From contig OX597820.1 of NCBI GenBank assembly GCA_951406725.2, forward strand, positions 37,448,001 through 37,512,000: a stretch of DNA of 64,000 nucleotides, in the 5' to 3' direction. Position numbers and translations under genes: made by a program. Source of the stretch: Octopus vulgaris. Lineage: Eukaryota. The notes beneath the pieces were generated by a model, which saw only the letters and a list, made by a program, of their open reading frames with translations, was not told the DNA's origin and did not search any database. Positions 1 through 13,145 of this stretch are shown in pieces; within the stretch, counting starts at the first letter, position 1, and each line of letters starts with the position of its first letter.

Positions 1-115
1 CTGATGGAGCTTTTAGGTGTTTGCGCTCAATAAACACTCACAACGCCTGGTCTGGGAATTGAAACTGCGATCCTACAACTGCGAGTCCACTGCCCTAACC
101 ACTGGGCCATTGCGC

Positions 116-157
<42 letters not shown>

Positions 158-248
158 GTAACGTAGTTGAATGAATTATCCTAGTATGGATAATTCGGTT
201 AACCGATACCCGGGTAGCAAATTCACGTCAGAAAACACGGTTGAAGCT

Positions 249-299
<51 letters not shown>

Positions 300-360
300 C
301 CTTGTGAATGTATTTGGTAGACAGTAACTGAAAGAAGCTCTTTGTATATATATGTATATA

Positions 361-1207
361 CAAAGTGCAAACAGTATTTGTTTGCAATTTTCAGCTGCCT
401 ATTTTATGCATATTTTTTTTTAGTTTTGTTGTTGGATTTTTTCTTCTTAATGATAACCATTTTTGTTTCATTTTTTTTGCAGAATAATTGACTATGGAAA
501 ATTTTGACCCCCACAATTTGTGGAAGAGGCATGGAGTCCTTCTTGTTGGAATCCGCACCAGAAGAACAAGCAAGGAGATTTCAGACTTCTTCAACATTAG
601 CAGAAGGATAGTAGAAAAGGTCAGAAAAGAAGTGGAAGAGTCAGGATTTGATTATGTGGTAATAGCAGAGAGGAAAACCCATGATCTACAACCTGACACT
701 ATCAGAATGCAGGACTTCGTTGAAGAAGTCCAGATCATCAAGTTGATGCATGCCATTGCAAGGAAGAAAGGTGTGGATGAAAAGCTTAACAGGCTGGAAA
801 TGCATGAGGATATTTGCTAATTTTACATACAAGAGGAGGAAGGGACAATTTTCAGTCTAAGGTAATGCAGGAAAAGTAACTCAAGCACACCAGGCTGATA
901 AATAAGCTGAAATACCTGCTGGAGCCAGACATGCTGTGGTTCTTTTCTAACATGAAGAATTTCTGCCATGACCAGAAGACCAGCTCCCAGAACAACAGGT
1001 GGCTTGCTGTCTCACCCAATGGATGTGGCCAGAGTCATGCAGACGAAATTTCCAGTGACAATCATAGTCTTTAGTGTCGTCAGCAGTGAAGGTGACATCA
1101 TGCCACCCAGCTTATTTGCTGAGAGCCTCAGGCTGAATACTGACAATTACATCCATGTTCTAAGTGAGATGGTGAGCTCTGGATCGACCAGATGGCTGCA
1201 GGGAGGT
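361..1207 (+). mobile_element. Decayed Tc1/mariner (maT-like) transposon, 3' truncated
   Basis: Frameshifted transposase pieces (HTH-like KEISDFFNISRRIVEKV; WFFSNMKNF; VMQTKFPVTIIVFSVVSSEGDIMPP) homologous to the element at 5935-6973. Confidence 0.8.
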
Positions 1208-1208
1208 C

Positions 1209-1470
1209 GATTTGGCTGTTATTTCTAGATGCCCTACTACCATGTAACAACTATTTGTGATAAAGAACCCGAAATACCTGTTACGTGGTAGCTGGGCATG
1301 CAAGAAATAGCAGCCAAATCTTACCTTTTCTGGGGAAAGGAGCTGTTTATATGTGATTTTGATGTCACATTCATTGAAAGCATGTGAAATAACCTGAAAA
1401 AGAAAAAAACCCACAAAACAAAACTCCGTTGCTGGGAAACTCAGAGTTCCCCAGTGACCCAATGGGTCAC
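1209..1470 (+). mobile_element. 3' fragment of Helitron family H1
   Basis: Colinear with 41507-41773, including the terminal hairpin GTGACCCAATGGGTCAC; lacks the CTAG end. Confidence 0.8.
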
Positions 1471-3620
1471 AATGTATATATACCACCTTCATATTCATCA
1501 TTGTCATTTCAGTGTTCACTTTTCCATTTTAGCTTCTCCAAATTTCTTGATTATTTTCATTGTTTTATTTGAAGAGGGGATTTACTCTGAAATAGAGGAT
1601 TATTAAATAACCTACATAAGTTGATGCAATATCTTTATCTTAACTGAAGGCATTATAGAGATAATTAGTATTAAGAATAGAGTTGATAACAGGTGGGCCA
1701 CTGAGGTGTTGCCTGTGCATTTTGGTTCAAGACTCTTCAACTGAGGGACAGGAACAGGTGCATGGCTTCCTCAGCTTGAAGAGAGAGAGAGAGAGAGCTA
1801 TCTTTGATGATGAGGGAATATCCACAAAGTACAAGGTGAACATGAGAGAGAATGAATAATAAAGCAGTGAGAGATATATGTGAAAGAGAATTAGTATAAC
1901 AGGGAGTATTGATAATGAAAATGATTTCCAGGTTTTTCTTGCACAGACTAAATTAAGCCAAGGTCTCTTGCAGTAAGATGCAATCATTGTCATTTAACTT
2001 CTATTTTTCCATGTTCGCATAGGTAGGAATGTTTGACAGGAATTGGCAAGTCAGATTACTGAACCAAGCTCTGCTGTCTGATTTGACATAGTTTTTTTAG
2101 CTGGATGCCTTTCTTAATGCAACAATTTTACAGAGTGTACTGGGTGCATTTTACATAGCACCAGCAGTAATGGGATCACCAAGTAACTTGCAGGACAAGA
2201 CCCCTCAAATGAGGGTAGTCATACTGAAGGACAGAAAAGGTGTCTTGCATTAGAATAAAAACATGACTACTTCAGATAGAGAGACAGAAGTGAGAAAGAT
2301 GGTGAAAATGCGACAAGAAAGGGACAGAGACAGGGAGATGTGTATGGTCAAGTGGACCAGGAATTGGAGAGGATGAGTGGGTGGGTGAGATCACAGGATT
2401 TTGAAAGGAGGATCCTATATAGGATTTCTATGGACAACCAATTTTAAACTCCTATGTTATGACCTGTAGGACTATAATAAACAGGAAAAGCAGAGGACTG
2501 AGCTCTGATGAATCTCTGCCTACATCATAAATTCATTCCTGAACTTAGTGTAAGTTAATGTTTGTAGAAAAATAAATGTAGACACGAAGATTTGATATGA
2601 ATGCTTGCAATTAAGTTAACTAAAGATATACAAGAATCAAGTTGTCGTGTTAAACTGGGTAGTGCATTAAACTTAGCATCCTAGAAGTTTTCTGGTATTG
2701 CTTTAGGACTAAATTGGTCTCTTGTATAAACAGTCTTAAGGTTCACCTTACATTTGACACATGCAAGATAACTGGAAAAAAAAAAAACATAATATAATCT
2801 CATAAAAATAAGCTGAAAGTGACTATCACCATTTTTGCAACACTTCCATATTATGAATCAATTACATTCTGGAAATGCAGAAGTTGAGTTGTCCAAAAAA
2901 AAAAAAAAAGACAGAGAGAAAGAGAAAATTTCAAATTGCATTTAGCCATTTTATTTCAGCTCCCCAGATTTATGATGCAAACTCCTTGTTTTAAAGGGAT
3001 CTAAATAAAAAACTGCCCATCAAAGTTTCATGCAAATTCGTTCCAAACACCAGTTTTGTAATCCTTTCTTCTGAAGGTATAAAGCCTAAATTTTGGTGGG
3101 AGTGGGGGGAATAGACGATTACATCAATCCCAGTGCTCAACTGGTTTTTGTTTCATTGACTCCTCCCAACAAAAAAAAAAAAATGAAAGCAAAGTTGACC
3201 TTGGCAGCATTTGAACTCAGAATGTAAAGACAAGAAATGCTGGGGTAAGCTTTTTGTCTGGCAAAGTAATGATTCAGCTAGCTCACTGTCTTATACCAAC
3301 TTAATAATGACAAAGTCATTTTAATAAATTCTTCCTTATTTTCAAAATCAATTGAAATAAAGACTGTATTTCAACAGAAATATGGTAACAAAACAATCAA
3401 TCAATTATTCTTGAGTAGATTTACAATCACAGACATTCCATCAATGGTAATCCTGTCATTTTATACATAGATAGAACTACATTATCAAGCAAGTCCTTCC
3501 TAATGGTGGATTTAAGGGCGATTTGGCTGCTGTTACTAGCAGACTGATCCTTTAATTTCATGTATTATTTGTTTCATAGAAGAAATCAAAAAACATTTCA
3601 GCTTGTTAATTTATAAATAA

Positions 3621-4019
3621 CTAGCAGTATCGCCCGGCGTTGCTCGGTTTTGTAAGGGAAATAACTATATAAGCATTTTTAGAGATGTAAAGTATAATAG
3701 CCATCTCAATATGGCTAACCACAAAGAGTGGGTGGGTGTTACTGTAGCTTTTTACGTTCTGAGATTTAATAATACATTTTTAGAGAGTTACTTCCCTTAT
3801 ATATGCCAAAAATGCATTAAAAATGGGAAAAATTGATGGTAAATTTTTTTAAAATCGTAGACTCATCGTAGACGCGCGCTAATACCCAGAAGGGCTCGAT
3901 ATGAATCACAACTATAAGATACCCGGTTTTGGTTAAACTGCACCGCAAAATGTGGGAGTAGTTAGGAATCTAAATCGTAGGAGACAGACAGCACACAACC
4001 TCACTTTTATATATAAAGA
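3621..4019 (-). mobile_element. Non-autonomous Helitron (family H2), about 400 bp
   Basis: Minus strand reads A|TCTTTATATATAAAAG ... CCGAGCAACGCCGGG hairpin ... CTAG|T: TC start, CTAG end, A|T target, no TSD. Confidence 0.85.
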
Positions 4020-4022
4020 TGA

Positions 4023-4028
4023 TTTATT
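4023..4028 (-). terminator. Probable SMIM20 polyadenylation signal AATAAA
   Basis: tttatt on + strand about 90 nt past the stop codon, followed on the minus strand by a GU-rich tract inside the adjacent Helitron. Confidence 0.5.
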
Positions 4029-4117
4029 AACAATACAAAACAACCTGCATAGCTGCCACTACAGTCATATTTTAATACGTTTCAACATTTCACACATTCT
4101 TCGAGTTATTTCCCTTC

Positions 4118-4158
4118 TCATTCCTTCTTTGCAAATGGGTCTGTCCACACTTTCATTC
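4118..4158 (-). CDS. SMIM20: SMIM20 coding exon 3 (terminal)
   Basis: Acceptor ctattgcag|. Encodes (G)MKVWTDPFAKKE-TGA, matching human LKVWSDPFGRK. Exons total 115+57+41=213 nt = 70 aa + stop. Confidence 0.93.
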
Positions 4159-4194
4159 CTGCAATAGAAAATTAAAATATAATAAAAATCATAA

Positions 4195-5935
4195 TCTATA
4201 CTATAATGGAGAAAGCAGTTTATTTATTGAGTATGTAACAATTACTAAAAGTACTAAAAGAAAGCAATTATTAAAGGGTTGACTATCTGGAAATATTTTT
4301 ATAAATTCATGTTCTAAGAAATTTCCTATAATTCCGATTTCTCAAATTTACTGAATTTTTTAAACTCCAACTTCTTGCACATTTAAATATTCACTGTATC
4401 TAATTCATCACAAATTTAAATATTCATTGCATTCACTGCAGAGTATTCCATTTTCATTTGCAAAGTCTCTCACATTCTCTTTCAAGTTTTAATTCGCTGT
4501 TAATGCATACATAATGTAAAAACATTATTTATTGAATAAAAATGTTTAAAATACCTATATAATTTTTGAATGCGGGATAGCTGTGAGAAGAGCCTAGAAA
4601 GTTGGGTAATTACTATTAGAAGAGGAGAAAAAAAAGAAAAGGTTACTGACAAGTACTTGAAACTTGCATGTTATTCAGTTTCCAAATACAACTTCAACAG
4701 TGACACAAATACCAAAACATACTTGTGCACACACATAGATACACACTTGCACATACACATAGATACACACACACACACAAATGAAAGGCAATGAATGTGT
4801 GTGAGTGCATGTGCTGTTCACTGATAAAACTTTGTGCTGCATCACTTTTGTGAAGTTTTGTCAGTGAACAGGTCACAGTTTCAAAGTGGCAAAAATATTT
4901 TGATACAAATGAAGTTTTAATGTTGAAGTGAAACTAATGGTATTTGTGTGTTCTTGAATGGCTTACAAACATCTTCCACACTGCAATTGTTTTTGTTTCA
5001 GCACACGATCACAGATCAAGTCACTTGCTATGCAAGTACATCTCCATAATTTTTTTCAATCACTGTAGATAAATGCCAGCAATGACCTTCTCAGGCTCTC
5101 CAATATTTTAATTTCTAAACAGAAAATCGGGGGCAGGAAGTGGGGTTGCAAAAAATTCATAATTTCTCAAATTTTCTTTTTTTTATAACATATAAATAAA
5201 TGTATTTATGGGGGAAAAATATTGAAAAACATCAATAGATGCAAGAGTGATAAAGAAACGAAGAGGGTTGTCTTTGGATGTGCTAGAAATAACAGCCAAA
5301 TCACCATTAAATCATTTTTGCTTCTGAAAATATTAACAATTTAAAAAATTTTTTTACCACATGGTTTTTAAGTGGTTTTACCATGGTTTTGAAGTGCAAA
5401 AAAATTAGTCAAAATAGGTCCAGAGTGGGATGATGAGGGAAGGGGGTGTAAAAAAAAGTTTTCAAAATTTTTTCATACAAAGATGCAACCCCCCACCCAA
5501 CCCCATCATTTTGAAGGCTGTGGTTTAAAATAATGGAGAAAATGCCTCCAAAACATTTTCCCTGCATAATTCTTTATAATTGTAATCTATGCCATTTGAA
5601 AGGGATTTGTATAAATTTTCATTAAAAGATATCTGTCTTCCTGAAAGTTATGAGGGAAAAAAGTCAGATCGTATGAATTTTCTGAAACTCCTCTCTCCAC
5701 CCCCTCGCAAAAATTCTTTTTCACAAATCCCTATATACTATGAAGTTACAACATCTAAGCTGTATTTGTAGAAAATTTTGTTAAAATGCCTCCATTTTTC
5801 TGGATGTTATGAGGTAACAAAGTCAGGGGAGTACACATCTGTAGTAATGACCTTTTATTTATATGATTTTTTTCATTTCATGTTTATTTCATTCATTGTT
5901 TGCAATGTTCTCTCTTACACACACACTGCAAAGCT
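4195..5935 (+). mobile_element. 5' half of non-autonomous Helitron family H1
   Basis: Starts A|TCTATACTATAATGGAGAAAGC and is colinear over about 1.7 kb with 38557-40292. Confidence 0.85.
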
Positions 5936-6973
5936 TCTGGATGGTCTCCTTGTATAAGTTGGTGAATGCTGCCATAATCCTTGCCTTCTTTTCATCTTTG
6001 GTATTACAAGGAGTTTTGTTTGTCTCTCGCTCAATTGTGCCCCACACATAGTAATCAAGGGGGTTGCAGTCTGGGGAGTTAGGTGACCAGTTGTTAGGAG
6101 TGATGTGGTCACAGAAATTGTCTGACAGCCATGACTGGATTCTCCTGCTTGTGTGGCATGGTGCAGAGTCCTGTTGCCAGACATAGGGTCTTCCAGCAGC
6201 CACTCTCTTGACTCGGGGCCACACTACCTCCTCCAGGTACTTGACGTAAGCCCCTGTGTTGAGTCTGAAGTCGTGTAGGAAGATGAATGAAGGCATAACG
6301 TCACCATCACTAGTGATCACTCCAAACACCATGATGTTGACTGGATGTTTGATTTTTATCACTCTCGGTACATGTTTTGAGGACATGGCAAGTCAAGAGT
6401 TCTGTGTTCACCATCTGATTCTGGTAGAAATTTTTCTCATCTGAGAAAAACCAAAGTATGTTTGGTTGGAGGGGATGCTTGAGTTTGTTCAAAAGCTTTG
6501 TAGTGTGATCTTTCCTGCTGTCCTTGATGGCTTGGGATAAAAATTGACCCTTTCATGTCCCTGATGATGGACCTGATTGACTTGCAGGGATCATTATCAA
6601 TCATGGCCTGGATCTCACCAACAATTTCAGAAGTCCTTTTCTTATCAGAATGATCATAGTGAGTTTTCTAAGCTGCTGTACCTTTGTAATCACCATTAGA
6701 CTCATCCAACACTCTTCAAATCTTCTGCAGTCTTCAGATTGACGCCCAAACACTCTAAAATGTTTATATTGGAGCTTTGGGCATGAATACCAAGCAGTAC
6801 AGCATGTTGTTTCTAAACTTCTGGTAGAATGAATTGCGTCATGGTGCTGTTTTTCTCACAGATGGTGCCCAACTGACCCTACTATACTGTGTAGTCGACA
6901 AAATCAAAAACAGACAATGCACATATGCAAAATTAAAAATATAAAATGGTGATAATTTACCCATTGCACACTG
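5935..6973 (-). mobile_element. Decayed maT (DD37D) transposon, 3' truncated
   Basis: WFFSDEKNF, WQQDSAPCH and WSPNSPDCNPLDY motifs with 37 residues between D2 and D3; frameshifts; TIR-like 5' end near 6973. Confidence 0.88.
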
Positions 6974-7846
6974 CATATATATGTTTGATGCTAAACAGTG
7001 TGTGTGTGTACCCTTCTTCTCTAGAATTCCATTGTATTAAAAGTCACATATTGTGTGTTGTTTCCTTATCCTTAAATTACACCTTCCCAACCACAAGCAT
7101 AAGTGTGCCAATTTTATTTGGCTGTTGCCAAGGAAATAAAAGCTATACAGACCTGTTGTACTATGGACCAAAGAAAATCATGAAGTGAAGAAGAAAAAAA
7201 AAAGAAAAGTAGATTCACTCCTCTAGTTCTTCCCCTATATCTTCTGTTGATACATCTAAAAAATTATACCATCAAAATCCAGTATTATTCATCTCACTCC
7301 TCTCTCCTGCTGTCACTTTTAATGGATTTCACTGCCCAGAAAAATAGCCCAGAATTATAGACTATTTTTGTTTAACCCAAGGACAATCTTGATTAAAATG
7401 AGCAACAATCAAAGGTGTTCTGTTGACACATACTCTTTTCTTCAGATAGTGCATCTAGTACTATATTCATTATTGTTGTTGTTGTTTCACTGAGTGTATT
7501 ATTCACTGTGTCCTTCTCTTTATAAGATGGAAGAATACAAACATTGTTGCAATTTCAAGTAGGCTGAATGAGCACATAGAAGCTTTGAAAATTAAAATGA
7601 AGACAAACCTACCAATGTTCAAGCTATACACTAACAACATCAACCACAGCAATCTGAGAGATCATAGAGAGGTTCTGAGTAGCGTCCCTCATCCTTTGAC
7701 TAATGCACACATTTATGTATGTGTATGTGCATAGAAGATTGAAAAAAGAAGACAGAAGGGGAAAGAGAAGTATCCTAGAGAAAACAGCCAAGAGATTTAG
7801 GAGAAATGTAAAAGATGAAAATGAATAAAGACAATTATATCCTAAC

Positions 7847-7903
7847 CTCCAGGTTGAATTTTTTCTCTGTCGATTCCTTTTCTTGCAGCTTTTTGTAATT
7901 CCT
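7847..7903 (-). CDS. SMIM20: SMIM20 coding exon 2 (57 nt)
   Basis: Acceptor atttcag|, donor G|GTTAGG. Continues the frame as (Q)ELQKAARKGIDREKIQPG(G), matching human EQAINRAGIVQEDVQPPG. Confidence 0.92.
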
Positions 7904-7950
7904 CTGAAATTAAAATATATATGAACATATAAGTGTGCATACATAAATAT

Positions 7951-7995
<45 letters not shown>

Positions 7996-10196
7996 TATAA
8001 AATAAATGAAGAGTGGACTTTATGTTATAATGCTTATCCCATGGTTTATAATTGTTTCAACAGTTGCATATTATGTGTATAGACATTGATGATAACAATG
8101 ATGTAGTCATACATATGTAATATATATTCCATGATAGCACTAGGAGTAGTTTACTTCAGAACCAGTTGAATAAAGTAATACAGAGAATCATTTAGCTGCT
8201 TGCTTAAATAAGAACCATCCAGCCTTAACTAAAGTGTGTTGTGCTAAAATTCATGACAGCAAAGAATATTAATTGGCAGAACATATGATAACATTATGAG
8301 TTAAAATCAGTATGTTCAGGGCAGATTTAAATAATCTAATTTAAAGTGCTGGCTTGGAGACAGGTTGAATAGTATCAAATTACAGTCTTGGCTGTCATCA
8401 AAATGGTTTGATCTAAACAGCAGACACACAGGCTACAGTTTGTCTGTTAACAGAGTAGATATGCTTGTACAGTTACATCAGACAGACAAGTCTGTACTTG
8501 CTAATATATATATATATATATACTATACAATAAAATATAAACACACACACACAGGTTCGCCATGCATTCTATCCCTCACATCCATGCAGTGATCAAAATA
8601 TATAAGGAAACATCAGTAGTGTGAGAGGGTGAAAGGACTACACCAGCAGTCAGCTGATACTCATATTTGCCTTGAACAGACTGGAGCAATATGAAATAAG
8701 ATGCCTTACACAAGAACAATGCACTGCTCATCATAACCTTCTGAATGTGGGCCCATACCCTAACCACTTGCCATGGCTCCCTCTATGTGTGTGTGTGAGA
8801 AAAAGAGAGAGAAGGTATGTGGCTTAGTGTTAGGGTATGCAGCGCATGATTGTAAGGTAGTGAGTTTGATTTTTGACAGCATGTTGCGGCTTTGAGCAAG
8901 ACACTTTATTTCACATTTCACCAGCCCACTCAGCTGGCAAAAATGAGTAGTACTTGTATTTCAAAGGGTCGGTCTTGTCACATTCTGTGTCACGTTGAAT
9001 CTCCTAGAGAATTACATAAAGGGTACATATATCTGTGGAGTGCTCAGCTACTTGCATGTTAATTTTTGATGGGTAGGCTGTTCCACTGGTCAGATCAACT
9101 GGAAACTTCATTGTCGTAACAGGCTGAGAGCCAGATTTTTGTATGTATGTATGTATGCAGATATGTATGAATGTATGTATGTAGTTAAGTGTGTGTGTAA
9201 GAAAGTGAATGAATGTGCATGTTTGTTTATATTCTGCACTTCTCTGAACATTGCTCAGGTACAAGTGATGAAAGTATTCCATCTTCATTTACCCATGTCA
9301 ACAAAATGTCAGCTGGCTTTTTGTCTTCAAAGACGTGTGAAATAAGAGATCCTTTACTTGAAAAACAGATAAGGATTAGTGATAAGAAGGGCATCCAGTT
9401 GTAAAACAATGACCCAATCATATACTAACACATGTTAGACAAGTATATGGTTAAATGGAGGTAAAAACAAATAGACATATACAATAGGCTTAATACAGTT
9501 TCTATCTTCTAAAGTCGTTCCCAATGCTGTGTTCTGTTCAGGAACTGCAAAGTGGGGCTGAACCTGAAACCACTTGGTTCCAAAATGAAAGTTTTAACTA
9601 CAACAGAGAGAAAAATAGTGACACTTAATTATGAACACCAACAATAAGACTGAGGAAAAAGCCCCCCAGAGAGTTCTAAAGAGACTGGTAGAATAAGTGC
9701 TAGGCTTACAAAGAATAAGTCCTGGGGTCGATTTGTTCGACTAAGGGCGGTGCTCCAGCATGGCCGCAGTCAAATGACTGAAACAAGTAAAAGAATGAGT
9801 GTGATACAGTGAGTTGAAAAATTTAGTTTAATTAAAACTATCCTTGCAATTTGATGTTTTAAAAAACCCTCAATGGTAGTTCACAATCTAGAAGAAAGCA
9901 AGAACTGTAATTCTAATAATAGTAGCTAATTCAAGTTGTATACAGTGGTCGGCAAATTTTTGTACGGATTCATCTTTTACAAATGGGAGGAAAAAAAATC
10001 TTTTTTTCTCCAGCAAGCGAAGTGATGCAAAGGCCAACAGAGTAACGTACCTTGTACTGAGCTCTAAGAACAGTAATTTTTGTTTTATTTATGAAGCCAG
10101 ACACAACAGAATATTTATGAAGCCAGACACAACAGAATATTTATGAAGAGTTCACTCCCTTATTTATAGAACACAAATTCTTAGCATAAAAAAGTG

Positions 10197-10248
<52 letters not shown>

Positions 10249-11312
10249 TACGTTTTAACGTCTAATTTTCCATGCGGGCATGGGTCGGACGGAATATTTT
10301 CTACAGCTGGATGTCCCACTTGTCACCACCCCTCATTTGTTTCCAAGTCATATTTCCCCATGATCAGACCTGATTTTATGAAATACTGGAAATGAAGAAC
10401 ACCACTTGCATCACAGTGACACTCGTTTACAACTAACACAACACAGAGACAATAACACACATGCATATATATATATTCTATTATTCAATTACTTGTTTGT
10501 CATTTAACTGTGGCTATACTGGAGCACCAGCTTGTAGAGTTTTAGTCGAACAAATTGATCCTAGGGCATATTTTTTTAAAAGACTAGTACTTAATCAATC
10601 AGTCTCTTTTGCCAAACCACTAGGTTACGAGGATGTAAACACACCATCACCAGTTGTTAAGCAGTGATGGGGGAGGGACAGACACAAAGACACACACACA
10701 GATATATACAGAAATATATACGATGGGCTTCTTTCAGTTTCCATCTACCAAATCCACTCACAATGTCTTAGGTGGCTCCAGGCTATAATAGAAAACACTT
10801 GTCCAAGATGTCATGCCGTTGGGAAGCAGACTTCTTACCACAAAGCCAGGCCTATATATATATATATACATATATATATTCTTTCAGTTTCTCTCTACCA
10901 AATCTACTCACAAAGCTTTGGTTGACTTGAGGCTTTAGAAGTAGATACTTGCCCAAGGTGTCATGCAGTAGGACCAACACAACTATGCAGTTTAGTGGTT
11001 GGGAGCAAACTATATGTGTGTATGTATAAATATATATATATATGGAAATATAGCTATTAATCCACATGGAATTGTTGTTATTGCTGGTTGTTTAACCACA
11101 AGTCAACCTCCATCAAGCAAACTTATCATCAAAGCACTCAAGTTGTAATCATCTCAGTCTTTTGGTGGTATTTAGGACATATCATCAATGTGTCCTTCAT
11201 AAGCTTTGGTTGGCCTGCATCTATAGAAGACACTTGCTCAAGGTGCTATGCAGTGGACTGAACCAGATCCATGTGTTTGTTGGGAAGCAAATTTCTTAAT
11301 GCCTGCACTTAT

Positions 11313-11348
<36 letters not shown>

Positions 11349-11354
11349 ATAGTA

Positions 11355-11773
11355 GTAAGTCTTTCTACTATAGGCACAAGGCCTGAAATTTTGGGGTATT
11401 TATTTTACTGACCCTTAAATGATGAAAGGTAAAGTCAACCTTACCAGAGTTTAAACTCAGAACACAAAGACTGAAGAAATGTTGCCAAACATTTTATCCA
11501 GCATGCTAAAGATTTTTCAAGATTGATTTCATGAGAGACCATAACGATAATAGCTCTTTCTAATTTTGGCAAAAATTCAGCAATTTTTCTAAAGGGAAAG
11601 AGAGTTGATTACATTGACCCCAGTACTTGATTGATACTGTATTTTGTCAACTGTAAAAAAATGAGAGGTAAAGTTGACCATGGCAGAATCTGAATTGAGA
11701 ATTGTTGCTGCAATAGATGAAATGCTACCAAGAATTTTGTCCAGTGCAGTAACAATTATGCCAGCTCACTGCC

Positions 11774-11822
<49 letters not shown>

Positions 11823-13145
11823 TAATAATAATGATGATGATGATGATAATAATAATAATAATAATCCTTTCTACTATAAACACAAGGTCTGAAATTTGTT
11901 GGGGGAACTAGTTGATTACATTGAGTCCAGTGTTTCACTGGTACTTATTTAATCAACATCAAAAGGATGAAAGGCAAAACCAACCTTGGCAGAATTTGAA
12001 CTCAGAACGTACTGACAGAGGAAATGCTGCTAAGCATTTTGCCCAGCATGCTAATGATCTTGCCAGATTGCCACCTTTATCGTAATAATGAGGATGATGA
12101 TAATAATCCTTTCTACTATAGGCACAAGGTCTGAAATATCTGGGGGGATGGAGAAAGTCAATCATATTGACCTCAGTACTTGACTGGTACTTAATTTATT
12201 GACCCTGAAAGGATGAAAGGCCAAGTTGATCTTGGTGAAATTTGAACTCAGAACGTAGATGGACAAAATGCCATTAAGCATTTTGCCTGGCATGCTAGCG
12301 GTTCTGTCAGGTCGTCACCTTAAATGATGATGGTGGTGGTGATGGTAGTGATGATGGTGGTGATGATGATGATCCTTTCTACTATAGGCAAAAGGCCTGA
12401 AACTTTCGAGGGAGGAGGCTAGTCAGTTACATCAATCCCAGTGCTCAACTGGTCCTTATTTTAGAGACTTTGATAGGATGAAAGGCAAAGTCAACCCTAG
12501 CAGCATTTGAACCCAGAACGTACTGACAGAGGAAATGCTGCTAAGCATTTTGCCCAGCATGCTAATGATCTTGCCAGATTGCCACCTTTATCGTAATAAT
12601 GAGGATGATGATAATAATAATAATCCTTTCTACTATAGGCACAAGGTCTGAAATATCTGGGGGGATGGAGAAAGTCAATCATATTGAGATAGAGATGAAA
12701 ATGTTGGTAAGCATTTTGCCTGGTATGTGATGTCGTTGTCGTTTAACATCCGTTTTCCATGCTAGCATGGGTTGGACGATTTGACTGAGGGCTGGTGAAC
12801 CAGATGGCTGCCCTTCCTAACGCCAACCACTCCGAGAGTGTAGTGGGTGCTTTTACATGCCACCGGCACGGGGCCAGTCAGGCGGTACTGGTAACGACCT
12901 CACTCGAATCTTTTACACATGCCACCGCCTTAATAATAATAATCCTCCCTATTATAGGTACAAGGCCAGAAATTTTGTGGGGAGGGAGATAGTCGATTAT
13001 ACTGACCTCTGTGCTCAACTAGCACTTAGTTCATCAACCCTGAAAAGATGAAAGGCAAAGTGTACCTCAGCAGAATTTGAACTCAGAACATAAAGATAGA
13101 TGAAATGCTGCTGAGCATGCTAATGCTTCTGCCAGCTTGTTGCAA
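11355..13145 (-). repeat. Tandem cluster of SINE family B copies separated by (AAT)n/(GAT)n
   Basis: At least six head-to-tail units containing gaaaggatgaaaggcaaagtcgacc...gaatttgaactcagaacg; 11990-12168 is nearly identical to 12498-12687. Confidence 0.85.
11774..11865. repeat. (AAT)n/(GAT)n microsatellite
   Basis: Directly visible. Confidence 0.95.

Noticed and set aside
4195-5935. Segmental duplication with 38557-40292
   Set aside because: The shared region begins exactly at a Helitron TC terminus and the flanks are unrelated, so it is a transposon copy.
10087-10147. 26-bp perfect tandem duplication
   Set aside because: Simple slippage duplication in an intron with no further structure.
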